Positions 43,456 through 53,306 of a stretch of DNA of 64,000 nt are shown piece after piece; position 1 is the stretch's first letter; each line of letters begins with the position of its first letter. The position numbers were made by a program, and so were the translations under genes. The stretch lies in IMG/VR virus record IMGVR_UViG_3300027365_000007. One strand, written 5' to 3'. Below the pieces are notes generated by a model that was not told where the DNA came from, made no database searches, and saw nothing but the letters and a program-made list of their open reading frames with translations. Source of the stretch: a virus. Taxonomy: Duplodnaviria; Caudoviricetes.

Positions 43456-44383
43456 GTTCTAGAAAAACATCAACCATGAATTCAGATTGATAATCTATTG
43501 CATATGCGTGTTTAAAAAATAACATAGCTTCATATTTTTTTAGGTCTGACGGATCTTGTGTTTCTTCGATTTTGTCCACGTAACGTTTTATATTACCCAT
43601 GTAATTATTAATAATTGTACCGAGTGTTCTTTTAATACTGTTTAGAACTCTATCAAAATTATCATGGTTGCTTATAACTTCTTTCAAATACTCTTCACAT
43701 TCTTCTATTACACGCTGTTTGAACTCTTTGAAAGTTTTAAACTGCTCGTCATCCAATACACTAGTTACATAGCCGAAGAAACCATACACACTGTCTTCAA
43801 CATTATTTTTAAATGTATTATTCTCACCCATTGCATATGCCATATTATCAAGAATATAGCTAGTGAAGTGACCACCAAACTCTCCATGACTCGCGGCACT
43901 GAATCCATCAGTAAAATCGGTAACCCCGAGTGAATAGAAAATCTTATACTCTCCAAGAGGAAATATTATATATGGCGAACCATAGGATTTTGCACTTTTA
44001 ACCTGAGTTGTAACAAACATACCGTTGCGCACATTCACGCCATATTTTTTCTTTGATAGGTTATTAATATAATTATGAATAAAAACATTAGTGTCTTTAG
44101 GTTCGGTTCTTTCGCGAAATTCTAGATATTTGATGTCACCCATCAAGGTTTCAGTGCCATGAAATAAGAAATTGTCATATACGAACTTTTTAATTATATC
44201 GCCTTGGTTTTGTACTTTAGGATCATAGTTCCTTACGTTTGCATTGATTTGTTCTATCTTATCTTCTATGTATGAAAAGTATGGCGAGTTGTATATGTTT
44301 CTTGCAACGATTTCAGACGTAAGTACACCCTTATCTTCGTTTACTTGTTTATAAATTTCTGGAAATATATCTTCTATATTCAT
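43439..44383 (-). CDS. ART-like paralogue family protein
   Basis: LFHG, PKDT, VRNGMFVT, SYG and YEAM motifs; TATAAATA at 44407-44414. Confidence 0.6.
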   Translation of the reverse strand: MNIEDIFPEIYKQVNEDKGVLTSEIVARNIYNSPYFSYIEDKIEQINANVRNYDPKVQNQGDIIKKFVYDNFLFHGTETLMGDIKYLEFRERTEPKDTNVFIHNYINNLSKKKYGVNVRNGMFVTTQVKSAKSYGSPYIIFPLGEYKIFYSLGVTDFTDGFSAASHGEFGGHFTSYILDNMAYAMGENNTFKNNVEDSVYGFFGYVTSVLDDEQFKTFKEFKQRVIEECEEYLKEVISNHDNFDRVLNSIKRTLGTIINNYMGNIKRYVDKIEETQDPSDLKKYEAMLFFKHAYAIDYQSEFMVDVFLELIELI

Positions 44384-44483
44384 ATTTTCAGCCCTTTTGT
44401 TTATTATATTTATAAAGGGTTTGAAAATGCTACAGAAAGTGAGAGGGATCTATCAGAAGAAATAGAAATGTATACTATGAAAG

Positions 44484-44696
44484 TTATTTACCTTTACTAT
44501 CTAAAAGCATGACATAGTTAGTAACGTCTCCGTCATTAATATAATTAATATCAGATGGCGATACCCAATTTAAAGGGGAAAGCCATTGATTGCCATCCCG
44601 ATCAATTCCTACTGCAACTACAGAATCGCCACCAGTGTTCCAGTAAAAACGATAGATACCAATATCAAGATTGTTTATTTCATCCTTAGTAATCAT
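44484..44696 (-). CDS. hypothetical protein
   Basis: 70 aa. Confidence 0.65.
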   Translation of the reverse strand: MITKDEINNLDIGIYRFYWNTGGDSVVAVGIDRDGNQWLSPLNWVSPSDINYINDGDVTNYVMLLDSKGK

Positions 44697-45115
44697 AGCT
44701 TTTTCCTTATCTCTTCAATAACTTCATTTTCAAAATAAGCAATGGTTTCCATTTCTTTTTGATACAATCGGTTTTCAAGAAACCAAAAAATTTTACGCTT
44801 ATTTTTAGGCCATATGATGTTACGTTCTTCAACTTCTTCATCGTCATAGAAAAGCCGAGTTTGTAATGTCAATGAGCTACATTTCCCTACATTAGAAATA
44901 AAGAAAAAAGCTTCATCACTAAGTGTTGAAAATGTAATAGACAAACCATGTTTGACATCTTTTGGAACATAGGGATGCTCTTATGGATTGTTGGACATGT
45001 ATTTAATTTTATCTAGCTCTTCTGGACAGATATCTTTAAAATAGTCAGAGATAATATCATAAAGATACCTTGAATCCAGATCGTTATTTGTTTCTATGGT
45101 TATTGTATATCCCAT
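44693..45115 (-). pseudogene. gene with in-frame TAA at 44981-44983
   Basis: ATG 45115 with RBS is in frame with track ORF 44693..44944 across one stop. Confidence 0.6.
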
Positions 45116-45117
45116 AC

Positions 45118-45480
45118 TCAACCTTCACCTTCTTCCAAATCGCGGTAATATTCTTCATCCGGTTTCCATGGAAATAGTTCTGAAATATGGAAGTAGCATA
45201 CCATTCCATCTGGAATGTCCATATTACCGTTTGTGTATACTTCTTTGTACAATGTAGATTCATCGTCGCAATTACGATAAGGGTTTTCTACAAGGCACAC
45301 GTAACGGTATTTCCATACACCCCAACGTTTGATATGTTTTTTAGCCCATTGAAAACATCTCTCACGAAGTTCTTCCTGTTCCTTTTCACGAATAATATCT
45401 TGTTTCCGAAGAAATTCTTCGCGTTCCCGTTCTTCGAGAATATAATTAGGGGTAAAAAATTTCTTAATTTTATGAAACAT
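45118..45480 (-). CDS. hypothetical protein
   Basis: 120 aa. Confidence 0.7.
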   Translation of the reverse strand: MFHKIKKFFTPNYILEEREREEFLRKQDIIREKEQEELRERCFQWAKKHIKRWGVWKYRYVCLVENPYRNCDDESTLYKEVYTNGNMDIPDGMVCYFHISELFPWKPDEEYYRDLEEGEG

Positions 45481-45767
45481 TATCGTACCCCGCTGAGGTA
45501 TTTTTGAGCCAGACCGTCGATCCAGTCATTGAGTTTAGTTTGTTGTACTTCAGTTACTTCGAATCGTTTGTTAGGGGAGCCCTTACCAGACGCAATCATA
45601 TCTTGGACTGCATTACGCATGAACTCAATATGCTTTGAATTAATCCAATAAGGATTATTATGGGAAAGACTTGTACCAGTACGCTGAAGATCAGTCATGG
45701 CTTTCACTTTCTTTTTCAGTTGCGGCATAGTTGCTTTCATAAGTAATCTCCATTTCAGTAGTACCAT
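45480..45767 (-). CDS. hypothetical protein (likely start MKATMPQ)
   Basis: GGAG RBS before the internal ATG. Confidence 0.65.
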   Translation of the reverse strand: MVLLKWRLLMKATMPQLKKKVKAMTDLQRTGTSLSHNNPYWINSKHIEFMRNAVQDMIASGKGSPNKRFEVTEVQQTKLNDWIDGLAQKYLSGVR

Positions 45768-45795
45768 TATAACAAAGGTAAAACTAAAAGTAAAA

Positions 45796-45990
45796 TTATT
45801 TTTTCAAAGTACGATGTTCTTCCCAATCTAGAACATCATATCTTCCTGTTACAACACCCCATGCATGTTTCAAACGTGTTTTCAATGACACAAATTTATA
45901 ATTTTCTGCACGAGCGGGAATCCATTCATGATGGTTTGTTTCAACTTGAGTATCCCAATTTTTAATCTGCTCAGCCGTATACTTAGACAT
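45796..45990 (-). CDS. hypothetical protein
   Basis: 64 aa. Confidence 0.65.
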   Translation of the reverse strand: MSKYTAEQIKNWDTQVETNHHEWIPARAENYKFVSLKTRLKHAWGVVTGRYDVLDWEEHRTLKK

Positions 45991-46180
45991 TACCTTCCCT
46001 CTCTTTTAAATCATTTACCACTTTATGAATCATTTTATGATCGACGTATCCTACTGTATTATCGACGCAGTACTTAACCATATCTCTAGGTAATACGTTG
46101 TTAGTAGTTAACAACCTACGATACATGAGATACGATTTCTTTTCATAATCTTTCAACCATGGCGCAACATTTTTAACCAT
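45983..46180 (-). CDS. hypothetical protein
   Basis: 65 aa. Confidence 0.6.
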   Translation of the reverse strand: MVKNVAPWLKDYEKKSYLMYRRLLTTNNVLPRDMVKYCVDNTVGYVDHKMIHKVVNDLKEREGNV

Positions 46181-46188
46181 AAAGCCCC

Positions 46189-46455
46189 CTAAATTCTTTC
46201 AGCCCAACCCATAGGCATTACATTGTATTTTGAACCACACTTAGAACACTTGATGTTCTGTGCCATTCCACCACTAGGCCCTTCAAGAAATTCACTATTA
46301 CCACAATCAAGACAACCATTTTTCGTTAGTTCATCAAACATCTTTTCATTCTCAGATCGGTTATCTTTCTTAAGTGATTTCATCATTTGTTTAAAGTAAG
46401 TACCCTTGTAAGTTGTTCGATTACGGTAATTGCCTTTAGGCCAAATATTAAACAT
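46189..46455 (-). CDS. zinc-ribbon protein
   Basis: CLDCG...EGPSGG...CSKCG. Confidence 0.7.
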   Translation of the reverse strand: MFNIWPKGNYRNRTTYKGTYFKQMMKSLKKDNRSENEKMFDELTKNGCLDCGNSEFLEGPSGGMAQNIKCSKCGSKYNVMPMGWAERI

Positions 46456-46457
46456 TA

Positions 46458-46748
46458 TTATTCCTCGATTTTAACTTTTCTTGAATCATAACAGTAACCA
46501 TCACCAACTTTCAATCGGGCTTGGTTAACTTCAACTTTCATACCATTTTCTAATAAAATGATAGCATCCCTACGCTTTAGCTCAAGAATTGCTTCAACCT
46601 TACTTTCACCAAAACAGCGAAATTCGTATGTCTCTCCCCACCAAAAACCATAGGCGATAAATCCAACAAACATTAGTATAGTTACCCATCCGACAAACTT
46701 TTCGCCATTACCATTTAGAATTTCCCACAGCTTTTTTCTAAAGCTCAT
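46458..46748 (-). CDS. membrane-anchored hypothetical protein
   Basis: One transmembrane segment. Confidence 0.65.
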   Translation of the reverse strand: MSFRKKLWEILNGNGEKFVGWVTILMFVGFIAYGFWWGETYEFRCFGESKVEAILELKRRDAIILLENGMKVEVNQARLKVGDGYCYDSRKVKIEE

Positions 46749-46926
46749 TATTACGCCTCGATTCCATTAGCTTTTCGACAGCTTCCAAATCACGCTTAAG
46801 CTCTTCGCTATTAAGAAGTGCCTCCCCATCTTTAACTCTTACGCTTGGACCAGTCCATTCAACATTTGATTCAATGTTATCTGGCATATAAAACAGTCCT
46901 TTAAGAAACTTCATGATCTTATTCAT
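46738..46926 (-). CDS. hypothetical protein
   Basis: 62 aa. Confidence 0.6.
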   Translation of the reverse strand: MNKIMKFLKGLFYMPDNIESNVEWTGPSVRVKDGEALLNSEELKRDLEAVEKLMESRRNNEL

Positions 46927-47138
46927 AGGTTTCCACCAATAGTCAATGTGCCTACCTTTGCTTTTTTAAAGCCAAACCTTCTCAGTTGTTCTTCAGCACT
47001 TTTAACATCGCGATCATTTTGAAATGCAGAACTTTGTAAACCAGTTTCGGCAAGAGAATTGTATTCATCAGATACCCATGTTGAAACTGTCACAGGCATA
47101 TCAAAGTCGCTGTACTGTTCTAAATTTACAATCAACAT
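46923..47138 (-). CDS. hypothetical protein
   Basis: 71 aa. Confidence 0.6.
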   Translation of the reverse strand: MLIVNLEQYSDFDMPVTVSTWVSDEYNSLAETGLQSSAFQNDRDVKSAEEQLRRFGFKKAKVGTLTIGGNL

Positions 47139-47139
47139 G

Positions 47140-47352
47140 TCACATATCCTTTTTAGGTTTATAGATTTGGAAATCTACTTCAGTTGTAGCAAAAACGATT
47201 GTATTATTTGGAAAGTTTTGTCTGAGTGCATTAGCTAAAGACTTTGTATAACTTTGTGTTGTATCTTTGTCGATCTTAATCAAAAGAACTTCGTCTTCGG
47301 ATAACTCAAACTTTTCAATACTTTTAATTTTTGCTTCATCATTTTGATTCAT
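47140..47352 (-). CDS. hypothetical protein
   Basis: GAGG RBS, 70 aa. Confidence 0.65.
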   Translation of the reverse strand: MNQNDEAKIKSIEKFELSEDEVLLIKIDKDTTQSYTKSLANALRQNFPNNTIVFATTEVDFQIYKPKKDM

Positions 47353-47450
47353 AGACTTCCTCGAATTTGGCTCAGCGGTACGATGATCATATCACCCCTG
47401 CGTTCTGGCATTAACCCTTCCGCTGAAAGCTGGCAGTACAGCTACACGTG

Positions 47451-48413
47451 TTATTTAAAAAAGCCACCAATACCAAATGATCCTAATGGATGACCACCAC
47501 ATGGCGATCCACGATTAGAAAGTTTCTTGGTAGAGATTTTAACTTCACTATTTGACGCATCATAAATGAAGTTAATGATTTCGTCATACTTAACGGTACT
47601 AGGCCCATAACTTCCTTTGGTAATGTATTCACTTTCGACAAGGCTGTCTTTCACGATAGCATTAATAAGATCATTGTAACATTTGTCTTTAGGATCAACA
47701 AGTCCCTTAACATTCATTTTATTTTTGTTGACTTGGAAGTGTGCTTCATCGTTAAAAATACGAACCTCACCATTCCATTCAAAATAATCAGCAACACGTT
47801 GGTATACATGAACTATTTGATTTTCATAACTCGGTACATATGTACAATCATCTTTATCTTCAGTGCATTTAAACTTACCTAGATAAACCATGATGTCATT
47901 GAAAGAACCATAAAAAGGAACACCAACATCTACCTTAGAAGTAGTTTTCTTTTTACCTTTTGGTGCAAATGTCTTCTCGAAGTCTTTAAATTCCTGACTA
48001 TCTTTACGTACAAAGAAATAGTTTGATCCGGCATAACGAAAAGCCATTTCAGATTTAATAACACCTTTTCTTACTGATCCGTTGATAAGAAGTTCAACCA
48101 TACCATCAGTACGGAAATCAAACTTCAAGTAACAGTCATGTTCTTTATTATAAACAACGGCTGACGGAACCTTTGCACTTTGTCCACGACTATCAACATC
48201 ATCATAGATAATAGCGTCTTTAAAACTGTTTGGTGTTTCAATTTCTAAGCAAGGCACTTTTGAGCGATAGCCTTCAGCCCAACGACGTGCACCACTACCA
48301 TCATGGTGTGGGAGTTTCGGCCAAGAATCATACAACGGTTTTCCATTATAAGTCTTACTAGAATTGGCACCGCAATAAAATACAATTTTAGAACAAGTTT
48401 TTTCGACAGCCAT
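47451..48413 (-). CDS. hypothetical protein
   Basis: 320 aa, GGAG RBS. Confidence 0.75.
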   Translation of the reverse strand: MAVEKTCSKIVFYCGANSSKTYNGKPLYDSWPKLPHHDGSGARRWAEGYRSKVPCLEIETPNSFKDAIIYDDVDSRGQSAKVPSAVVYNKEHDCYLKFDFRTDGMVELLINGSVRKGVIKSEMAFRYAGSNYFFVRKDSQEFKDFEKTFAPKGKKKTTSKVDVGVPFYGSFNDIMVYLGKFKCTEDKDDCTYVPSYENQIVHVYQRVADYFEWNGEVRIFNDEAHFQVNKNKMNVKGLVDPKDKCYNDLINAIVKDSLVESEYITKGSYGPSTVKYDEIINFIYDASNSEVKISTKKLSNRGSPCGGHPLGSFGIGGFFK

Positions 48414-48426
48414 TATTAGTTCTCCA

Positions 48427-48681
48427 CTATTTAATTACAAACGATTGTTTGTCTTTTTTCGTGTTAATATACACATTCCTTACTGGTTCTTTGGACCGGA
48501 AAGATTGACGATATTCACATTTTTTACAAACAAAATCTTTAATAATATAATCATCAAAAAAGTGAAAGTCACATTCGTATTCATGATGACAAACTGCTTT
48601 CTTTAAAAACGTTTTCACACTCACATCAAAATCCTTTAATGACAGAAATGAAATCCAATGCTTGGTCTTCATTGAATCCAC
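48427..48681 (-). CDS. small CxxC protein, start uncertain
   Basis: CHH..EC...CKKC; overlaps the upstream gene. Confidence 0.45.
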   Translation of the reverse strand: MDSMKTKHWISFLSLKDFDVSVKTFLKKAVCHHEYECDFHFFDDYIIKDFVCKKCEYRQSFRSKEPVRNVYINTKKDKQSFVIK

Positions 48682-48925
48682 GCTCAGTTAGGTCACGTGC
48701 CATCTTAAGGTAACGCTTCTTCGCGTAGGATTGTTGAACGTTTTCCCACTTTTCATATTCCCAACCACATCCATCCATATGATTGCTGGTGCACAAGGTA
48801 TCATGGAGAACGGTAGCAAACTTTTGCTCAGGAGTCAAGTTCTTATATTTTTCAATAAGGGCTTTGTGTTCCTTTTCCAGCTTTTTCAGTTCAGATTCAA
48901 TTTCTTTAATAGGTTTATAACACAT
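48626..48925 (-). CDS. hypothetical protein
   Basis: LHD.LC..NH.DGC.W motif. Confidence 0.7.
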   Translation of the reverse strand: MCYKPIKEIESELKKLEKEHKALIEKYKNLTPEQKFATVLHDTLCTSNHMDGCGWEYEKWENVQQSYAKKRYLKMARDLTERGFNEDQALDFISVIKGF

Positions 48926-48973
48926 GCTTAATATTTCTTTTAAAGTTGCTTGAAACTATCACAATGGCTTAAA

Positions 48974-49309
48974 TTAATCCCACCACAAACCATTTCGTAC
49001 AACATGTTTAGTGGCTACCATGACATCATGAAGTGAATTAGAATCACCCGGTTCTTCACATACACCAGTACGTTTTTCATCACTCAATGCTTCAAGATGG
49101 TCAAGGTTTTGACCATGTGGGACTCGTGTCTTTTCCATACACATAGTAGAACCATCATCGTATACCCAACCACATTCAACGATTTGCTTTGGATATTTCT
49201 GCTGAAGCTCCCCAAACAGGTTAACCCATGTGGGGAACACGCTTGGTTCAAAGTCTACCAGTTCACCATTGACTTTAAAATATTTTTTAATTGCAGTAGC
49301 CATGTTCAC
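48974..49309 (-). CDS. hypothetical protein
   Basis: 111 aa. Confidence 0.65.
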   Translation of the reverse strand: MNMATAIKKYFKVNGELVDFEPSVFPTWVNLFGELQQKYPKQIVECGWVYDDGSTMCMEKTRVPHGQNLDHLEALSDEKRTGVCEEPGDSNSLHDVMVATKHVVRNGLWWD

Positions 49310-49370
49310 ACCCTCGCGTTATTAACTAACTATACTACTATTATAGTGAATCTAAACCAAAATTACAACA

Positions 49371-49835
49371 CTAAATTTTACATTCAATAGGTTTCATACC
49401 AGAAACCATGTTATGTGTGTAAGAACAAAAGTTATGATGAGCAGGACCAATCTTTTTAAGCGGTGTATCACTATTAGGATCAATAGTGTTCCTATGGTTG
49501 AGTAGATCATAATCAATCATATTTTCGATGATTTTTTCATTTGAATTAAGCATACTAATTATATGATTAGAGCTACTAATAATCTTAGCAATATCGATTG
49601 CATCATACTTTTTGATACTAACCATGGAATCGACATTATTACCCTGACGTTCTTTTTCAAGCACGAATATCTTCATAGTGTCGTTAGGAGCAGACACATC
49701 ATTATCACGGTCGGTATAGATATGAATAACACTATTCTTAGAAAACAGTACTAGCATAGTTCCAGAGGATGTCAAAGGAAGCAAAACCTTTCTAATGTGA
49801 GAGTTGAACATGATTTCTGCATTATACTGATCCAT
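49371..49835 (-). CDS. hypothetical protein
   Basis: 154 aa. Confidence 0.65.
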   Translation of the reverse strand: MDQYNAEIMFNSHIRKVLLPLTSSGTMLVLFSKNSVIHIYTDRDNDVSAPNDTMKIFVLEKERQGNNVDSMVSIKKYDAIDIAKIISSSNHIISMLNSNEKIIENMIDYDLLNHRNTIDPNSDTPLKKIGPAHHNFCSYTHNMVSGMKPIECKI

Positions 49836-49890
49836 ACCTAATATCCATATTTTGTTTGTTTTTCTATATTACAGGATCTAAAATCTAAAA

Positions 49891-50391
49891 TCAAGACTCT
49901 AGGTTAATCAGTTTTTTGAACTCTTCCCAGATATCTTTAATTTCCATGTTGTAACAGTCTGCTTTAACCACAAAATTATTGTCACCATCTACCTGACCTT
50001 TCTTGAGAAATCTTGCTTTTTGAAAATAGGTTTCTTTTGGAATCATACCTAAAAACCATAATGTATCCATATTGGCATTTACCCGACAAAAAGCATATAA
50101 GTCGCATTTCTGTTTGGTGTTATAGGCTGCAATACTACATTCATAATAGTCTTTTGGTTTTACGGTAGTACGCTTTGTTTTAACATCAATTGTGACGTTA
50201 TTAAACCATGTCAGATCACTATCGTAAGTGTTGTTATGTTCAGCTCCTAGTAACTCAGCCAAAACAACTTCGCCTACAAATCCTGCTAAGTTTCCTTGAC
50301 CACTTGTAATACTATTGTTTAGTTTTCCTAATTCGTCTGCTAGTTTTTTAGCTTTTTTGATATGATGTTGTTTGATTGGGATTTCTTTCAT
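49891..50391 (-). CDS. PD-(D/E)XK-like phage nuclease
   Basis: G.VGE...YD.DL...IDVKTK. Confidence 0.6.
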   Translation of the reverse strand: MKEIPIKQHHIKKAKKLADELGKLNNSITSGQGNLAGFVGEVVLAELLGAEHNNTYDSDLTWFNNVTIDVKTKRTTVKPKDYYECSIAAYNTKQKCDLYAFCRVNANMDTLWFLGMIPKETYFQKARFLKKGQVDGDNNFVVKADCYNMEIKDIWEEFKKLINLES

Positions 50392-50421
50392 TGGTCACCT
50401 TTTAGAATTGTTATGGTGTAA

Positions 50422-50435
50422 TATTTATATAAATA
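50422..50435. promoter_or_regulatory. overlapping divergent T4-type late promoters
   Basis: TATAAATA on + (50428-50435) and on - (50422-50429). Confidence 0.55.
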
Positions 50436-50460
50436 AATTTATAGTCTAAAGAGGATAACC

Positions 50461-51399
50461 ATGAAGATAAACGATATACTAAACGAAGCTTTTACTGATA
50501 TTTCCGAAGATAAATTTGAGAAACTTTTAACCACCAAGTTTTCACAAGCTTGGAATCATTACATAAAAACGGGAAATGCAATATTTCGTCACGATGATTC
50601 AGCTAGTGGGTATGATCCAGATTTGGTGGCTAAGTTTGCAACACCATTGAAAAATAGAGAAGCAGCATTTGCTTATAGTAATCTTCATAATGAATATATC
50701 AATAATGGCTCTCAATGGTCTGCATTTCCCAAACGTGCTGTCATTGGTGGATCTAATGCAGATATTGCACGTCGTCGTGGTAGTCCTTCCGGGGTTTATT
50801 TAATACTTCCGGTTAATAACACTCCTATTGGTTTATGCCCACAACACGATATATGGGCATCGTTCGAAAACATTCATGAGATCATGGACAGTGAACCCGA
50901 CATGCAAGTGCTTAACAACTTCTATCGACATCCTTTGTTTATGTTTGCCGAAGCAATAGAATACGTTTTAGACTTTAAATTCTATTCATGGTTAAAAGAT
51001 TCTGGTGGAAGTTATGATAGTTATCGAGATGAACTACGTAACTTTGATGCGTTACTGGATGGCGTAAAAAGACAAGATTACGATGAGGTTGTTGAGTATT
51101 ATGATATCTCTCAGAAACGCGTATTAGATGATGTAGAAGTCGTTAGATGTATCTTTGGGTATGATTACAATGGGGATATGATATCAGAACAATTGCATAA
51201 TTTTTGTTTAGCAGTAAGAAAGAATGGTTTGACAAAAACAATGGATTGGTTATTCTCTCCTAAAAACTTTCAGGTAGGAAAGATAGAAGATGTAATTACC
51301 GATCAAAATGATGATAACGAAGTATGGTTTGATAGCTCTTATCTAATGATACCTTACGTGCATCTTGAAGACTTCTACTATAAATATCAAAATCTATAA
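50461..51399 (+). CDS. distant ART-like family protein (MKINDILNE)
   Basis: W..FPKR.VIG, ILP.N.T.IG.CP..DIW.SF and EVWFD shared with 39401..40603. Confidence 0.55.
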   Translation: MKINDILNEAFTDISEDKFEKLLTTKFSQAWNHYIKTGNAIFRHDDSASGYDPDLVAKFATPLKNREAAFAYSNLHNEYINNGSQWSAFPKRAVIGGSNADIARRRGSPSGVYLILPVNNTPIGLCPQHDIWASFENIHEIMDSEPDMQVLNNFYRHPLFMFAEAIEYVLDFKFYSWLKDSGGSYDSYRDELRNFDALLDGVKRQDYDEVVEYYDISQKRVLDDVEVVRCIFGYDYNGDMISEQLHNFCLAVRKNGLTKTMDWLFSPKNFQVGKIEDVITDQNDDNEVWFDSSYLMIPYVHLEDFYYKYQNL

Positions 51400-51437
51400 A
51401 TAATGCATATAATATCTAAATTATTTGGAGAAAAACC

Positions 51438-52089
51438 ATGGGTATAAAACCATACAATGTTATCATGGAATCAGTTCGCTTTCGAACTATTAAAACTATT
51501 TCATTTGCTATAAAAACTAATCGTGATTTATCTACACTTTTTCCTGCGTTCTGTGACAGTACAAGCTCTGGAATTTCTAAGTTTAGTTTTAACATGGGTC
51601 AAGACCCGTTTATAGGCGATACATATGGATTTTTACCATATGATACGAATTATTCAAGCTCTAAACTTTTAGGGAACTACACTACTGAAGGGACAAATAA
51701 TGAAGTTATTGTCCCAGACAATCTTAATACTATTGTATATGATCACAATTATAACAGTGGAAAATATTATTTTGAGATTAATATAGAAGACGAAGGACGT
51801 TATGGATCGGTTGGACTTTCGCCTAGTAGTGGTGACGACTTTCGTATAGTCGAGCATGGCGTTGGGCTATCTGCTATAGGATATGCAGTAGATTACTTGA
51901 CCTATAGATGTAAGGGTGAGTGAAAAAGGTGGTTACTACAGTTCTGATGACCTTGAGTACAAATTCACAAACTATGATGTGACAACAGGCGATGTCTTAC
52001 AAGTCTTTATAGATTATGACTCAAATAACATTACTATAAAAAAGGTTGGTACTGTAAAAGAAGATCATTTAAATTATAAAGATATTTAA
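51438..52089 (+). pseudogene. SPRY/B30.2-like virion protein split by a +1 frameshift
   Basis: SGKYYFEI in the first frame; GDVLQVFIDYDSNNITIKK continues in the +1 frame to TAA 52087-52089; TATAAATA at 51395-51402. Confidence 0.5.
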
Positions 52090-52154
52090 ATAACTTATTT
52101 ACTCTTTACATAAACGTTTATAATGAGGTCAAAAACGACCTCATTATTTTTATA

Positions 52155-52391
52155 TCACCCTTCGTAATTAAATAAATACTTTGTTTCACATTCTAGGAAT
52201 GCTTTAATGATTGGAAATACTTGATTAGGGTTCAACTGTCCTCTTCCTTCTCTCATGACATTTGCCATAAGAACACGTTCATCATATGGGCCGTCGTAAA
52301 AATTCGTCCTTAAATATTCAGATACTTTTTCTCCTAGTTCTTTTTGGTAATCGTCTAACGTTTTATCAATATTGATATGAATCATATCCAT
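52155..52391 (-). CDS. hypothetical protein
   Basis: VMREGRGQLNP motif (GatB/Yqey-like end). Confidence 0.6.
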   Translation of the reverse strand: MDMIHINIDKTLDDYQKELGEKVSEYLRTNFYDGPYDERVLMANVMREGRGQLNPNQVFPIIKAFLECETKYLFNYEG

Positions 52392-52861
52392 TCTCCTGTA
52401 ATACTTTGGCGACGTGTGAACAAGTCTAACTTGCGATATTCTTCCGGGTATTTAATTTTGAACTTATGGTAAGCTTTTTGGGTTTTAAATTGGATATGGA
52501 AGACGTTGCATAGTACATCAAGTTTGAAATAGTAACCTGTTATTTTTTTGGGATCAACAATCGGTTTATAATACAATTCAATATCTTTTTCTTTAGATAT
52601 GAAAGGTAATGCTTCGTTGATTATGAAAGAATGTAATGCATTATTAACCATTTCTATAACGTCTTCGTTCGGAATTATAGAAATGTAGTTACTATCGTTT
52701 GTGTAATGTTTTATTGGCTTTGAAAGATCACTTGTTAATACCGTTTTGTATAACCTTAAGGTATCATCCTCAATGCCCAAAACATTGTCAAAGTAATCAA
52801 TAACTTTATGTAACTCAATCATATTCATTGATGTGATGCTTTTGTAATAATTATTATTCAT
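52382..52861 (-). CDS. hypothetical protein, F-K-I-K-Y-P family
   Basis: YHKFKIKYP. Confidence 0.65.
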   Translation of the reverse strand: MNNNYYKSITSMNMIELHKVIDYFDNVLGIEDDTLRLYKTVLTSDLSKPIKHYTNDSNYISIIPNEDVIEMVNNALHSFIINEALPFISKEKDIELYYKPIVDPKKITGYYFKLDVLCNVFHIQFKTQKAYHKFKIKYPEEYRKLDLFTRRQSITGEWI

Positions 52862-52867
52862 TGGTTA

Positions 52868-53305
52868 TCATTCTTTTCTTTTGATACGATCATATAATTC
52901 AGGGTTGATCAATTTCAATTTGTTTAGTGTCGATTGATCTTCAAATAGTATACGGACTTTTACATGTCGTTTTATCATATCGGTTGTTGGGAAATAAACA
53001 GACCTTCCATTTACCGATTTTCTGAGGCATTCAACAATAAATTTACAGTTTAAGCCTTTAAAGCGAGCTTTACATTTATCAATTACATACATACTGATTA
53101 TGTTATCAACACTATTGAGATCTTTTCTTGTGAAATCACTAGGGTTGCAATTGTATATCGTGTTTTTCATATCACGTTCAACATCTTCTGACAGAAGAAT
53201 AGCTTCGTATTTCTCATTCATTTCATCACTAATATCTATACCATCCATGTATTCTAAAATATCGAATACCGATATTATCTCTGTCAGCCAATAGTTTAAC
53301 ATCAT
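52868..53305 (-). CDS. hypothetical protein, K-L-x-N-P family
   Basis: LNKLKLINPEL. Confidence 0.65.
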   Translation of the reverse strand: MMLNYWLTEIISVFDILEYMDGIDISDEMNEKYEAILLSEDVERDMKNTIYNCNPSDFTRKDLNSVDNIISMYVIDKCKARFKGLNCKFIVECLRKSVNGRSVYFPTTDMIKRHVKVRILFEDQSTLNKLKLINPELYDRIKRKE

Positions 53306-53306
53306 G

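Noticed and set aside
10435-44983. Alternative genetic code (stop-codon reassignment)
   Set aside because: Only two isolated TAA interruptions; TAA, TAG and TGA all end many well-formed genes, and no suppressor tRNA was found.
47355-47450. Twister or other self-cleaving ribozyme (TAATGC...GCAGG)
   Set aside because: Only 6 nt lie between the motifs, leaving no room for the P4/L4 catalytic elements in any permutation.
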